Source: Camelus ferus
Lineage: Eukaryota
Length of the DNA: 64,000 nucleotides
Assembly (NCBI RefSeq): GCF_009834535.1
Contig: NC_045696.1
Coordinates: forward strand, 92,940,001 to 93,004,000
Direction of reading: 5' to 3'
In this document: in pieces, positions 25,569 to 37,440 of the stretch
Position numbering within the stretch: position 1 is the stretch's first letter
Layout: each line of letters starts with the position of its first letter
Position numbers and translations under genes: made by a program
Notes under the pieces: generated by a model
Database searches by the model: none
Seen by the model: the letters and a program-made list of their open reading frames with translations, nothing else
Told to the model about the DNA's origin: nothing

Positions 25569-27650
25569 CAGAAGATAAGGATGGCAGAAGAGATGGGAAG
25601 GCAAGTATCAACAACCAACATTTCCCAAATTTCAACAAAAAGTCATCCTCTTCTTCCAGCGCTCTCCTCCATAAAGACATCAACCAAGGGGAATCTGCCA
25701 TTTCTGCTGCCAACTTATCAGTCACAGAACAGTTGGTACCAGGTCCTAAGAGCGGGAGAACCAAGTCACATGTGTCAAGTGATTGTGAGAAACACCAGTA
25801 CCCCAACAAATCTCTCTCCCCAAGGCAACATTTGGCTCGTGATCCTGTAATGGGCCTAACACAGGATCTGGGTGTTATGAAAACCAAGGAAAATGGGAAT
25901 TCTAGGGACTCTGTGGTAGGGCAAAGTGCACTGTCAGGGAGCATCCTTTCTCAAAGCAACCTGGAGATTAAGAAGCTGGGAGGTAACTGGGACAAGGGCA
26001 GAGCTGCCACATCTTTTTCTTTGTCAGATGTCTCTACACTTTGTTCTGACATACCTGATTTGCATTCCACCACGATTCTGCAGGAGAGTGAAATTTCCCA
26101 TCTGATTGACAACGTCACTTTAACAAATGAGAATGAGCCTGGCAGTTCCATCTCAGCACTGATTGGCCAGCTTGATGAGACTAGCGACCAGGCCAACCTC
26201 ACAGTTGTTTCTCATCTTCAGAGCACCAGTGTGGTGTTGGGCCATCCTCCCTTGCCCACCATGGACCTCAAAATGCCCTTCAAGCATGGCTTTTCCAGTG
26301 GAAAACCCGAGTCATCCTTTTTGTGCTCATCTCCTGAGCGGATTGCATTCTCGGGGCCCAAGACCTCTGAATGCACAACACACACAGTTGTTGGTGAAAA
26401 TATCTACACTTCAGTCTCTAAAACCAAACCAGATGATGACCTTCCTGGGAAGGCCAAGACGGGGGCCGTGGAGAATTACCTGCCTCGGTCCTCTAATACT
26501 TCTCACTCCTGGTTACCGAAAAGTCCCACCAATGGAAAAGACTGGGAAATACTGAAGAACCGCAGCCCTGCCACTTCCACTGACTTAACACTGGAAGATG
26601 TAATAGCAGATCCTACTCTCTGTTTAAATTCTGGGGAGAGCAGTCTCGTGGAAGTGGATGGAGACTCAGAAAATCTGTCTGTAACAACCTATGACTATAG
26701 GAGAGAGGGCACAAGTCACCTTGCTTCTCCTTTAAAACTGAAGTCCAGTCAGGATGCAGTGGAACATTTCCAAAGAGGCTTGAGAAATGGCTACTGTAAA
26801 GAGACTCTCCACCCTTCTGTTTCTGAAATATTCAACAATATTCAAGATGTCAAAAGTCAAAATACTTATCAACTAGCCTATCAGGGTGCTGGTTTTATGC
26901 ATAACCATTTCTCAAATTCAGATGCAAAAATGAACCAGACCTCTGGGCCTCTGTCTAGTGTTCAAGACCTGCATGCCCCCTGCCCCTGAGAAGTCCCCAC
27001 ACCCTCCTCTGCCTGCTCTGAAGCTGCCCAGTCCTTGCAAATCCAAAAGTCTGGGGGACTTAACATCGGAGGACATCGCCTGCAATTTTGAGAGCAAGTA
27101 CCAGTGTATTAGTAAGAGTTTCGTTACCACTGGCATCAGAGACAAGAAGGGTGTGACTGTGAGAACAAAGTCGTTAGAGCCTATGGATGCCCTGACCGAG
27201 CAGCTGCGGAAGCTCGTGTCCTTTGACCAGGAAGAAGGCTGCCAAGTGCTGTTTCCCAAGCAGGATGCCAGTCAGTTCCCCAGGGCGCTGGTCAGGAAGT
27301 TGTCATCGAGGAGTCAGAGCCGAGTGCGCAATATTGCCAGTCGTGCCAAGGAAAAGCAGGAAGCCAACAAGCAGAAAAGTGTGACCCCCGGCACTGTGGG
27401 AGGAGTGGTCCTCCGAAGCAAACCCTCGGCGCCGGCGCCCGCCGGGAACCGGCACTCCACCGGCTCGTACATCGCGGGCTACCTGCGGAGCGCCAAAGGC
27501 GGTGGCGTGGAGGGCCGCGGCATCCCCGAGGGCGCGTGCGCAGCCCTGCGCGCCCGCCACGCCGACCAGTTTTGTTCCGATCATTCCGTTTTGCAGACGG
27601 AGCCGAGCAGCGATGATAAGCCGGAAATTTATTTTCTCTTGAGACTGTGA
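25569..27650 (+). CDS. PLCH1: PLCH1 terminal coding exon (AEDKDGRR...DDKPEIYFLLRL*), split by a +1 frameshift at about 26976-26980
   Basis: ORFs 25556..26989 and 26958..27650 together encode the PLC-eta1 tail (CKSKSLGDLTSED, RKLSSRSQSRVRNIA, EIYFLLRL). The 2082-nt length is one more than 2+3n. Confidence 0.95.
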
Positions 27651-28760
27651 ATTACATAAAGTTGCGTTTTCAATGTTTACAAGGTATTCCATTGTAGAAT
27701 GTCTTTTTTCAGTTTTCAGTAAATATGGTCCCTGGCTTCGAATTGATTTTAAAATGTATTTTTAAACTTGCATTTCCGTCTCCCTTTGACTCCATGTGTT
27801 CTTGTTTATGCGTTCGTATATAGATTCGGGTGATGATTCCCGTGCACCTATGATCCTTCCCCCCTGAGGTGTAAACTCTCTTGGTATGGTTTACGTGCAT
27901 GCCTTAGATGTGAAACTTCGCAGCTGCTTGAGTTCTAACGTCTGTATGTTTCACTCAGATGCTCTTTACTCTGTGTCCTGAGATCACAGTCACACATGTA
28001 GTCATTTTCACTCTCTGACTATTGAGTTAGGAGATTTTTACAAAGGACAAAGGGATGAATTCTTTATTTTAAAGCCATTGTCTTCGTTCCTGATTTCCCT
28101 TCTTTACTGAGAAGCCCAGATGCATTTTTATAACTCAGTAATAAAAGCTTAAAAGTTACCTTAAAAGAAGATTAAAATAGTTACCTTCCCTTTCAAGATT
28201 TCTCTACCCCACCTAGAAGAATTCAAGGGAGGTGGGTAGGTACACCCCCAGCACCCTCTCATTTTAGAGTAGGCAGTGAGGGTATATGAGGAATAGCACA
28301 AACTTTTGTATATAAGGACAACATTGTTTGTTTTACCTAAATTTTGTTACATATTTTTGCTAATGGCTTTGTATGTAACAAGAACACAGTTGCCAAGCCG
28401 TTTGTTGTACTTTTGAATTTTCTGATTAAATGACAGACTGCAAATAATGGCTTTTAGAATGAGGGGCTTCCTGGAGATGCTAACAATAACAGTAGCACAA
28501 ATTGAAAACTTCCCAAAGCTTTCAAGAAAGAAAAAATATTTTCTCATAATAAAACCCAAGTGAATAGATAATTAGAAGAAATCTTTTCCCTTCAGGGAGC
28601 CACGTAACTATATTTTAGTACCAGCATACATTATTTTCACTGTGAATCCATTTTTTATTGCATGTTCAGATGTCCCTCTTTGCTTTTTTGTAACATACCT
28701 GCAATGATGTTCTTCTTGGAATTCATGGAAATATAATTAAAGGAGATTTTTAAACACTTG
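27651..28760 (+). other. PLCH1: PLCH1 3'UTR
   Basis: AT-rich sequence with no recognisable repeats after the stop; poly(A) signals at 28140, 28548 and 28736. The end position is inferred. Confidence 0.65.
28736..28741 (+). terminator. Candidate main polyadenylation signal ATTAAA (alternatives: AATAAA at 28140 and 28548)
   Basis: Followed about 15 nt later by CA and then a GT/T-rich downstream element (ttggtgaattttttatttttt). Confidence 0.55.
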
Positions 28761-31111
28761 GTGAATTTTTTATTTTTTCAATTGAAGCTCATATGATGAC
28801 TGTTGAGTAAGGAACCCAGAGTGCTCTGAGATATTTGCCTTTTCGTCTCTTTGCAGCAGGAGATACTGCTTCCACAGGAGAGTTTTAAGCAGCATTTTAT
28901 GTCTTTGAGTGTTCTCACTGTGCTTTAAAGACCATATTTGTACGGTGACTTGAAAAGAAATCAAATGCAATGAGTTTATTTGCATTTGGTGTTGATGTTG
29001 CTGGTTTAAAAATCCTTCCCAAATCTTACCCGGGGCAGGAGTGGCGGGAGGCAGGCTCGATGCTGTGTTTTGCGAATCAGACTACCTGCAGCTTTGTTGT
29101 ATGGAGGAAAAGGGGAGAAGAAAGCAATTAGACCCTGCTTTCTCTCAGTTCCCAGCCCTGAACTTTTCCAAATGCTGAGGGATCCTCTCTTTGGAAAGCA
29201 TGGGGGTGCTGGTTGGCTTAGGAGTGTGATAATGAATGGAGAGTGACCCATTTTCCATCCCTTAGTGAGCAGGAGATGATTTGTCTTCTTAGGAGTTCTG
29301 CACCCACAAAGTTCTATCTTACGACCTTGGTTTGTTTTTCACGTATCCTTGTCTTAAAGAGATTAATGTCATGTAAAATTGTTAAAATTCATTTGCAGAA
29401 AGGGATAGCATTTATCTGCCTTTTATAACTTGATGGAATCTGTATTCTGAAAAAAATTCAGGCATTTGCATATGGATATCAACCCTGACTCAAAATGAAT
29501 TCGCAGCAACATAAATGGTTGGTGCCAAGTGATGGGTTATCAGACCAACCCCCTGGGTACCCACGTGTGTCTGTCGCCAGTACATGAAGTATTTTCTACT
29601 GATAGACTTAGGAAGAGAAGGGAAAGCAATTTCTCTATTACTGCTTGGGGATTGCCTGATAATGAAGAGAAGGCAATAAAGCTTACATTTTACTGGAAGC
29701 TTACAGTTCTCAGATTAGACTTCTGACCGGAGTTTCACTTGTTTGGAGGACAGATCAGGGAAGTCACAAAGCAAGTGAAACGTCAAGCAAGATATTAACA
29801 AGCTTTCTGAGTTTTTTCTTTTGAGACCTAGAGAGTCTAGGAAGTCCCCATTCTTTGCAAAGCCTGACTAGCGCAAGCCCCGTGGGGTTTCAATGTTCTC
29901 TCATTTGACTCCTTTCACAGAGGCTGGGTGGAGTATTCCGAGGCTGAGCAGTGACAGGAGTCTGGGAGAGTTGATGGCAGCAGTTGTAGTATCTATAGAG
30001 GAGGGAGTGAAGCTTCTTAACAAATCTGATCCAGCCGTCTTTCCCACTAAACACCCTTTAGTGAATCCCCATCACTTATGGAATAAGTTTCTGTAGCCTT
30101 GCATACAAGGTCTTCTTTGATTGGGTGCCTTTATTTCTACAGCCTGGTCTCCTCTGCCATAGAATGCCCTTTTCTCCTCTGCCCACTACGTTTTCCAAGA
30201 TGTATCGTAGCGAATCCTTTCCTCTAGAAAGCCTTCTCTGGTTGTCATCTCTTCCCTGGTTGTACGAAACCTATCAAGAAGTACTCAATTCCATTTGGCA
30301 GCCTCTGATTCCACCCCATTGTATCCATCTTTTCACATGCCTGCCTCCTCCACTAGCTTTAGACCCCTCTGAGGGCATTGCTTATGCCTGGTGACCTTTT
30401 GCTAGCTCAAGTCTTGGGGTTAGTTGTATTCAGTAAATGTTTGATAAACTGTGAGAAAACATGTCTGATATCTCAGTTTGTTGTGTGCATGGAAGGAGGA
30501 AGAGGCACTGAATCTCGTTTCAAGTATGGTGATGACTGAGTTTATCTTTGTTTCTCTTTAATTTTTTTCATTTCTGCTTTTTCATCCAGCCCATCCTTTT
30601 CTCTCCTTTTTGATTTAGCATCTATTTAGTCATTTTCCATGAGTAAGAGTAGCTGATTTTTGTCAAGTATCCTGTGATTTAAAACGTTTTGTGTGTAGTG
30701 CATCTCACTTTGTCCTTATAAGGATTTTGTGAAAAGATGAGGTTATCTCCATTTCATAGCATCCGAAAATAAATCTCAGTGATTTGCCCAAGGTTATGGG
30801 GCCTAGGAAATCACCCAGCAACATTAATCCAACTCCCACCTTGGTTCTCTTCCCCTACGCACCACTGCCTTTCATGAAGACTTTAATAAATATTTAGTTA
30901 GCATCCACCCTGGTCTAGGGACTCAGCTGGCTGCTGGGATTATGAGAAAATGGATATGTTTTTAGAGAGCCACCAGCTGGTAGAGATGCTGAGACATAAT
31001 ACATTGGTTTTGTTCCAAATGCCCAAACAAATAGAAACATATTATGCACAGTAGTTGAAAATATAAGGAAAGAGGATTATGATATCCATGGATAACACAC
31101 TGTTTAAATGT

Positions 31112-34020
31112 TAATAAACTTTATTTTTAGAGCAGTTTCAGGTTCATAGCAAAATTGAGCAGGAAGTACAGAGATTTCCCCTCTGCCCTCTGTATCCCTC
31201 CCGCTGCACACAACTTCCCCCACTATGAACATCGTGCACTACACTGGATGTATTTATTATGACTGATGAACATGCACTGCCACATCATTATCACCCGAAG
31301 TCCATAGTTTATATTAGGGTTCACTCTTGGTATTATACAGTCTCTGTGTTTTAATAGATGTATAATAAGTTGTACCATTGTAGTATTATACAGAATGGTT
31401 TCACTAAAAACCTTCACGCTCTGCCTAATTACTTCTACCCCCAGACCCCCTACTCCCCAGAAACCACTGATCTTTTTACTGTCTGCGTAGTTTTGCCTTT
31501 TATAATGTCATATACTTGGAGTCATACAACCTTTTCTTACTGGCTTCTTTCACTTAGAAATATGCCTTTAAATTTTCTCCATGTCCTTTCATGGTGTGAT
31601 AGCTCATTTCTTTTTAGTGCTGAATAATATTCCATTGTCTGCATGTACCACAGTTTATCCATTCACCTGCTGAAGGATATCTTGGTTGTTTCTAAGTTTT
31701 GGCAATTGAACAAAGGTGTAACAAATATCAATATACATGTTTTGTATAGACATATGTTTTCAACTCTTAGGTAAATACCAAGAGCATGATTACTGGCTCA
31801 TATGTTAAGAGTATGCTTAGTTTTATAACAAGCTGCCAAACTGTATTCCAAAGTAGCTGTACCATTATGCCTTCCCACCAGGAATGAAAGAGAGCTCCTT
31901 TTGTTCCACATCCTCGCTAACATTGTTCTTCTTCAATATTGAATTGGTTATTCTGGGTCTTTTAATCTTCATATAAATTGGTCTCTCGATAACCACTAAC
32001 TATCTGGCTGGGACTTTGATTAGAATTGTGTTGAATTTATAGAACAAGCTGGGAAGAACTGACATCTTGACAATTTTGAATCTTTCCATAAACAAGCCAT
32101 CTCTCTCCATTTATTTTATTCTCTTTAGATATCTTTCATTGGAATTTTGTAGTTTGTCTAATATAGATCTTGTACATATTTTGTTAGGTTTATACCTAAG
32201 TATTTTCATTTTGTGGGGGTGCTAATGTAAACGGTAGTGTGTTTTTAATTTCAAATTCCACATGCTCATTCCTGGTATAAGGAAGGCAATTGATTTCTGT
32301 ATATTAATCTTGCATCCTGCAATCTTGCTATAATCACTTATTAGTTCCAGGAGGATATTTTCTTTGTTTTACTTTTTATCAATTCTTCTAGATTTTCTAC
32401 GTAGAGAATTGTGCCATTGGTGAACAGAGACAATTTTATTTCTCCTTTTCCAATCTGAATGCCATTTATTGTTTCCTTTTTTTGTCTTGTTATCTTAGCT
32501 AGGACTTCAAGTATAATATTAAAAGCAGTAATGAAAGTAGACATCCTTGCCTTATTCCTAATCTTAGCAGGAAATCTTCGAGTTTCTCACCATTAAGGGT
32601 GATGTTAGCTGTTGGTTTTTTTGTGGATGTTTATTTTATCAAGTTGAAGATGTTCCCCTATATTCCTGGTTTGCTGACAGTTTTTATCATGAATGGGTGC
32701 TGGATTGTGTCAGATTGTGTCAGTGTTCTTTTTAATGTGACCATGTGATTTTTCTTCTTTAGCATGTTGATGTGATTGGTTACAGTAATTGATTTTTGAA
32801 CATTGAACCAGCATTACATACCTGGGATAAATCCCACTTGGTCATACTATATAATTCTTCATACACATTTTTGAACTTGGTTTGCTAATATTTTGTTGAG
32901 GATTTTTACATCAATGTGCATGAGAAATATTAATCTGTAGTTTTTTTAATAATGTCTTTAACTGGTTATGGCATTAGGGTAATGCTGGTCTCATAGAATA
33001 TGATAGGAAGTATTCCCTCTGCTTCTATCTTCTGGAAGAGATTATAGATACCTGGTGTGATTTCTTCCTTTAATATGTGGTAGAATTCACCAGTAAACCC
33101 AATCTGGGCCTGGAGCTTTCTGTTTTGGAAGGTTATTAATTTTTAATTCAATTTCTTTAATGAATATAGATTTCTTCTTTGATTCATAGGTTATTTAGAA
33201 GTGTAGTTTTAATCTCCAAGTATCAGGGATTTTCCAGCTATCTTTCCATCATTGATTTCTAGTTTAATTCCACTGTGGTTTGAAAGTAGGCATTGTATGA
33301 TATCTACTCTCTTCAATTTATTCAGGTGTGTTCTGTGGCCCAGAATGTGGTCTAACTTGATGAATACTCCATGTGAGCTTGAGCAGAATCTGCTGTTGGA
33401 TGAAGGAATCAATAAATGTCAATTACATCCAGTTGACTCTTGGTGGTGTTGAGTTCAGCTATGTCCTTACTGATTTCCTGCCTGTTAGATCTGCCCATTA
33501 CTGACAGAGGAGTGTTAAAACCTCCAGCTATAATGTATTCATCTAGTTTAGTTTTTGTCTTAAGTATTTTTACACTGTTGTTATATATATACACACATTA
33601 AGGATTATTATGATTTCTTGGAGTAATCGCACTTCCGTCATTATGTTATGTCCATCTTTATCCCTATAACTTTCCTTGCTCTGAGTCTGCCCTGTCTGAA
33701 ATTAATATAACTACTCTCACTTTGTTTTTGATTAGTGTTAGCATGATATATCTTTCTCTGTCCCTTTACTTTTGATCTATGAGTCTTTATATTGAAAGGA
33801 GGGTTCTTGTAGACAACATACAGTTGGGCCTTAGTTTTTGATCCATTCTGTTTTAATTGGTTTATTTAGATCATTGACATTTAAAGTGACTGATATAGTT
33901 AGATTAATATCTACCATATTTGTTACTGTTTTCTATTCGTCGCCCTTGTTCTTTCTTCCTATTTTTGTCCTCCACACTTTTTTTTGCCTTTTGTGATTTT
34001 AATTGATAATTTTATTATTT
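31112..34020 (-). mobile_element. Old L1 with 3'UTR and ORF2 RT/endonuclease remnants, internally deleted
   Basis: ORFs 32341..32544 (FNIILEVLA...GIQIGKGEIKLSLF...ILYVEN), 33209..33412 (HGVFIKLDHILGH...SNHSGIKLEIN) and 33409..33594 (IAGGFNTPLS). Confidence 0.92.
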
Positions 34021-34055
34021 TTATCCTTTAACATTTTAGTGGTTGCCCTGTGTTT

Positions 34056-37000
34056 TCTAGGAAGCAATGCTCCCCTGGGAATCAGAATTTCTAACCCAGC
34101 AGATATAAGGTTGTAGGGACAGAAAGCACAAATTCTGCAAGTGGGTCACTAAAACTAATGTTGAGACCAGCTGATTCCAGTTCCTCCCCTTGATTCCAGG
34201 AGCCCCTGCTTTGGATCCATGTATAGGATCTGAGCCTGCCACCATGGACACTTTGTTCATTAGTCCACTGTGCAAGCAGTGAATTGACCAAAGAGAAAAG
34301 CTGACTGACACCCAGAAAATAAGTCACTCTGGTTGTTGAGAGCCTCCTTGTGATTATGCGTACTTTCAGAGTCACTCCTGGGAGGGGCTATAATGTGGCA
34401 GTGATCCATTTCTATAGAACCCAGTAGAGCATACCAAACTGTCTTCGAATTTAGTTCCAGATCTTTCCTTCTCCATCAGTTGGTTATAGGGAATTTCCCA
34501 TGAGGCCATAGGTGTGGGCTGAGAGAGTGACTTTAGTGCAGCAAAGGTGGGTAATAAGGAAGTCTAAGCCAACAAGTCATATTTTTTGCATCTTCTGGAC
34601 TACGTGAGTCTTTTCCTAAATACACCGTTTCCTTCATGCAATAATTTGTTTCTATGCCTCTCAACCTTTTTCTGGGAGTTTCTGTTAACACCAAGCTCAT
34701 GATGGACAGCTCCAACTGCACAGTTACTTGGTGTACCATTGCCAGGCTCTCAGGCTTTACTTCAGAGGGTATATCCCTTCATGTTCCAGACCACTGGACC
34801 CCTAAAAATTTCACTGATGTTGCAGACCCCTTGATCATCAAGGACTTACCACCTACCCTCTGACACATATGTCAAGGCATTTAAATTACCTGACCTGTTC
34901 TCCTTATTTGGTCCAATTAGTAAAGTGTCAGTCAGTATAGCAGGCTAGCATGATGCACTGCAGAATAGCACAATGATTGAGCTCACTGTAGAACAGACCA
35001 CGACAGACAGCAGAAAATTAACACAGATCTAGAGCAAGGCAGTGAAGACTTACTGCTGCCCTTGCAATGTCAAGGCAACCTGCTTTGGATCCTCTCTATT
35101 CACAAGAATAAGGAATAAAGCATTCAACAAAATGATAGCCACAAATGAAGTGCCAAAGGTTGAGCCGATTTGCGTCAGTAAAATTTATATCTAGCACAGA
35201 ACCTAACTGGGGATACTGTCTTAAGTTTATAGTAGTCCACTGGCCCCCACCATGATGCATATGATTTTTTTTGCAGAGGCCAGGTAGGTGAAATGACTAG
35301 GTACATTATGGGAATCACAATCCCTGAATCTTTTGTCTTTGTTAGTTCTGATTTCTGCAGTTATTCCTAGGAGGTGATACTGCTTCTGATTTACCAGCTT
35401 GGCTTGGGGAGAAGATGCATTGTACCCTTTTTAAAAAAAATCATAATGTTTCTTAATTCATGGGTCAGGAAACCAAGGGCCAAGTTCTAAGTATATTTAT
35501 CCTATTAGGCATTCAGAGACTAGAGAAATGGCAGCAGAATGGGTCCTTGGATCTATTAGATCCGCCATGAGATGGGCTTGAGCCCAAACATTGTTGACAA
35601 TCTGGTATCTGTAAGGCTCTGTTTTAACTAGAGGTCTATGTAGTGTGTGGGGTTCTCTGATATCGGTGTCAACAGTGATTTCACTCTAGCCATCCTCAAG
35701 AAGTCTGGGTATTCCCTTTTCTTCAGTGCTCAATTACTCTGGCAAATTTGAGGAAGAGTTAGAGAAATATTTGCCATGCTGTGGTGGCATTGTGGGGACC
35801 CAGAATTCCCTTTCATTAATGGGCTCTGGATCTGTGAACAGACTTAGATCTAGTAACTGGAAATTGCAGTTTTCCATCAGTGTCTGACATTGGCCTTATG
35901 ATGATCAGTTTTCAATTTTTTGGTTGTACAAATCAGGCAACACCCTAGATGAATGGTCTTCAAACTTTAACATGCATCCAAAACACCTAGAGGGTTAATT
36001 AAAATACAGATTATTGAGCCACATCCCTAGAATTTCTGCATTAGTAGGTCTGAAGTGGGACTTGAGAATTTGCATTTCAAAGAAGTTCCTAGGTGATGCT
36101 CAAGCTGCTGATCTTACGACTACATCTTGACAACCACTGGTCTTAGATGGTGGTTTGTCTACGTTACCTTTGGGAAAACCATCATCAATTAGCTGCAATA
36201 ATAAATCACTTTGGCCAAGGCACTATGACTGGCATTCTGGTCATACTGCTCAGTATGACCTCTGCCACCTGGTCTCTGTCTTTCCAGAATCCCAGTATCT
36301 CCATTGATACAGGACCTTCTACTATCAACACTGGCTGGAAGAGATCAACCAACAGTGAGTTTCTCAATGATGTTGGCTCCTTCATCACCGGTGCATTTCT
36401 TAGTGAAGGGGGTGTCCTTTCCTGGAGGATATCCTCAGGTGTGGGTTTGCATATCTTCACTCTAATACTCTCTTTTCCCTGAGTCTTTTGACCCCTTTCT
36501 TATTACTTTGCCAAGTAAGTTCCAATAGATCCACCTCATCTTACGGAGTCATTGTGGATTCAGGCTTTATGAAGTCATCCCAGCTAACTATTAGGACTGG
36601 TAGACATTAAATTTTATTAGGACCTTATTAAGACTTGCTAGACATTAAATTCTAGCTTATGGATGAGTTGCTGATTTTAACCAGTCTCTCCTGTTTGGTT
36701 TTAAATTCCCCTTCCCTGGCCCAACACCCTTACGATCTACTCCCACAGATGCTTCTCTGATTCTTGCTTGATAAATTCATGATCTGGTCTTCCTACCTGC
36801 TTTGGAGCCATCTATGGCTTTCACAGAATGCCTTAAAATGACCATTATTAACTTCCCCGAACCTATCAAAGATTTCAATGCCATCATAAGGAGCCAGTCA
36901 CTGCAGAAGCACTATAATTATCATTACCCCCATCTGATCACTTGCAGTGGTAACTTGATATCCCCAAACTTACCCTAAACCTCTGCCCTAACCCCGTCAA

Positions 37001-37075
37001 CCACAAGTGAAAGCATTAGTGATTCTGATGCCACAGCCTGCCAACTGTCATTACTATCCCCCTTCTGGTACCAGC
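34056..37075 (-). mobile_element. ERVL internal remnant (gag and pol/RT fragments, PBS)
   Basis: ORF 36206..36460 resembles ERVL Gag (PPSLRNAPV...SLRNSLL...QVA). RT-like text at about 35120-35240 (minus strand PVDYYKL, and a degenerate AIDLANAFF-like stretch). PBS-like TGGTACCAGAAGG at 37061-37073 on the minus strand. Confidence 0.75.
35951..36139. mobile_element. MER5A (hAT-Charlie MITE) nested in the ERVL
   Basis: tggtcttcaaactttaacatgcatc...agtaggtctgaagtggga...aggtgatgct...aaccactg; CTAGA-like target flanks. Confidence 0.8.
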
Positions 37076-37440
37076 TGTCTCAGGCTGGGGTTCTTGGAGA
37101 AGACAGGGGGATAGCTTTTGTGTTAATGTTTGATTGAGGTACAGTCCCAGGGAAGCAAGAATTAGGGGAAAAGGAAAGAGAGACAAGGAAATAGGGGAAG
37201 AAACTACAAGGAGAGGAGTATTAGCAAGCTGCTATGACTTCAGAACAAACATGGCTGGTTGCCCAGTCTTGTGGGACATTTCCAGAGAGGCCAAATAAAA
37301 TGATTGCATTTTAAGAACAGTCCATCAGGGAAGGAATGACAGGTAAATATCTGCTGACACCTTTCTATCTCTTGTCCTCCATTGTTGAATTCTGCCTCCC
37401 TAGGATGTTAAGTTTCCCACCTTTCCAGCTATGTTATGTA
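37076..37440 (-). mobile_element. 5' LTR of the ERVL remnant (LTR16/LTR33-like)
   Basis: Begins tgtctcaggctggggttcttggagaagac immediately next to the PBS. Confidence 0.6.

Noticed and set aside
3414..27650. Calling PLCH1 a pseudogene
   Set aside because: Only two homopolymer +1 indels, with all splice sites intact and no in-frame nonsense changes; assembly error is more parsimonious until reads are checked.
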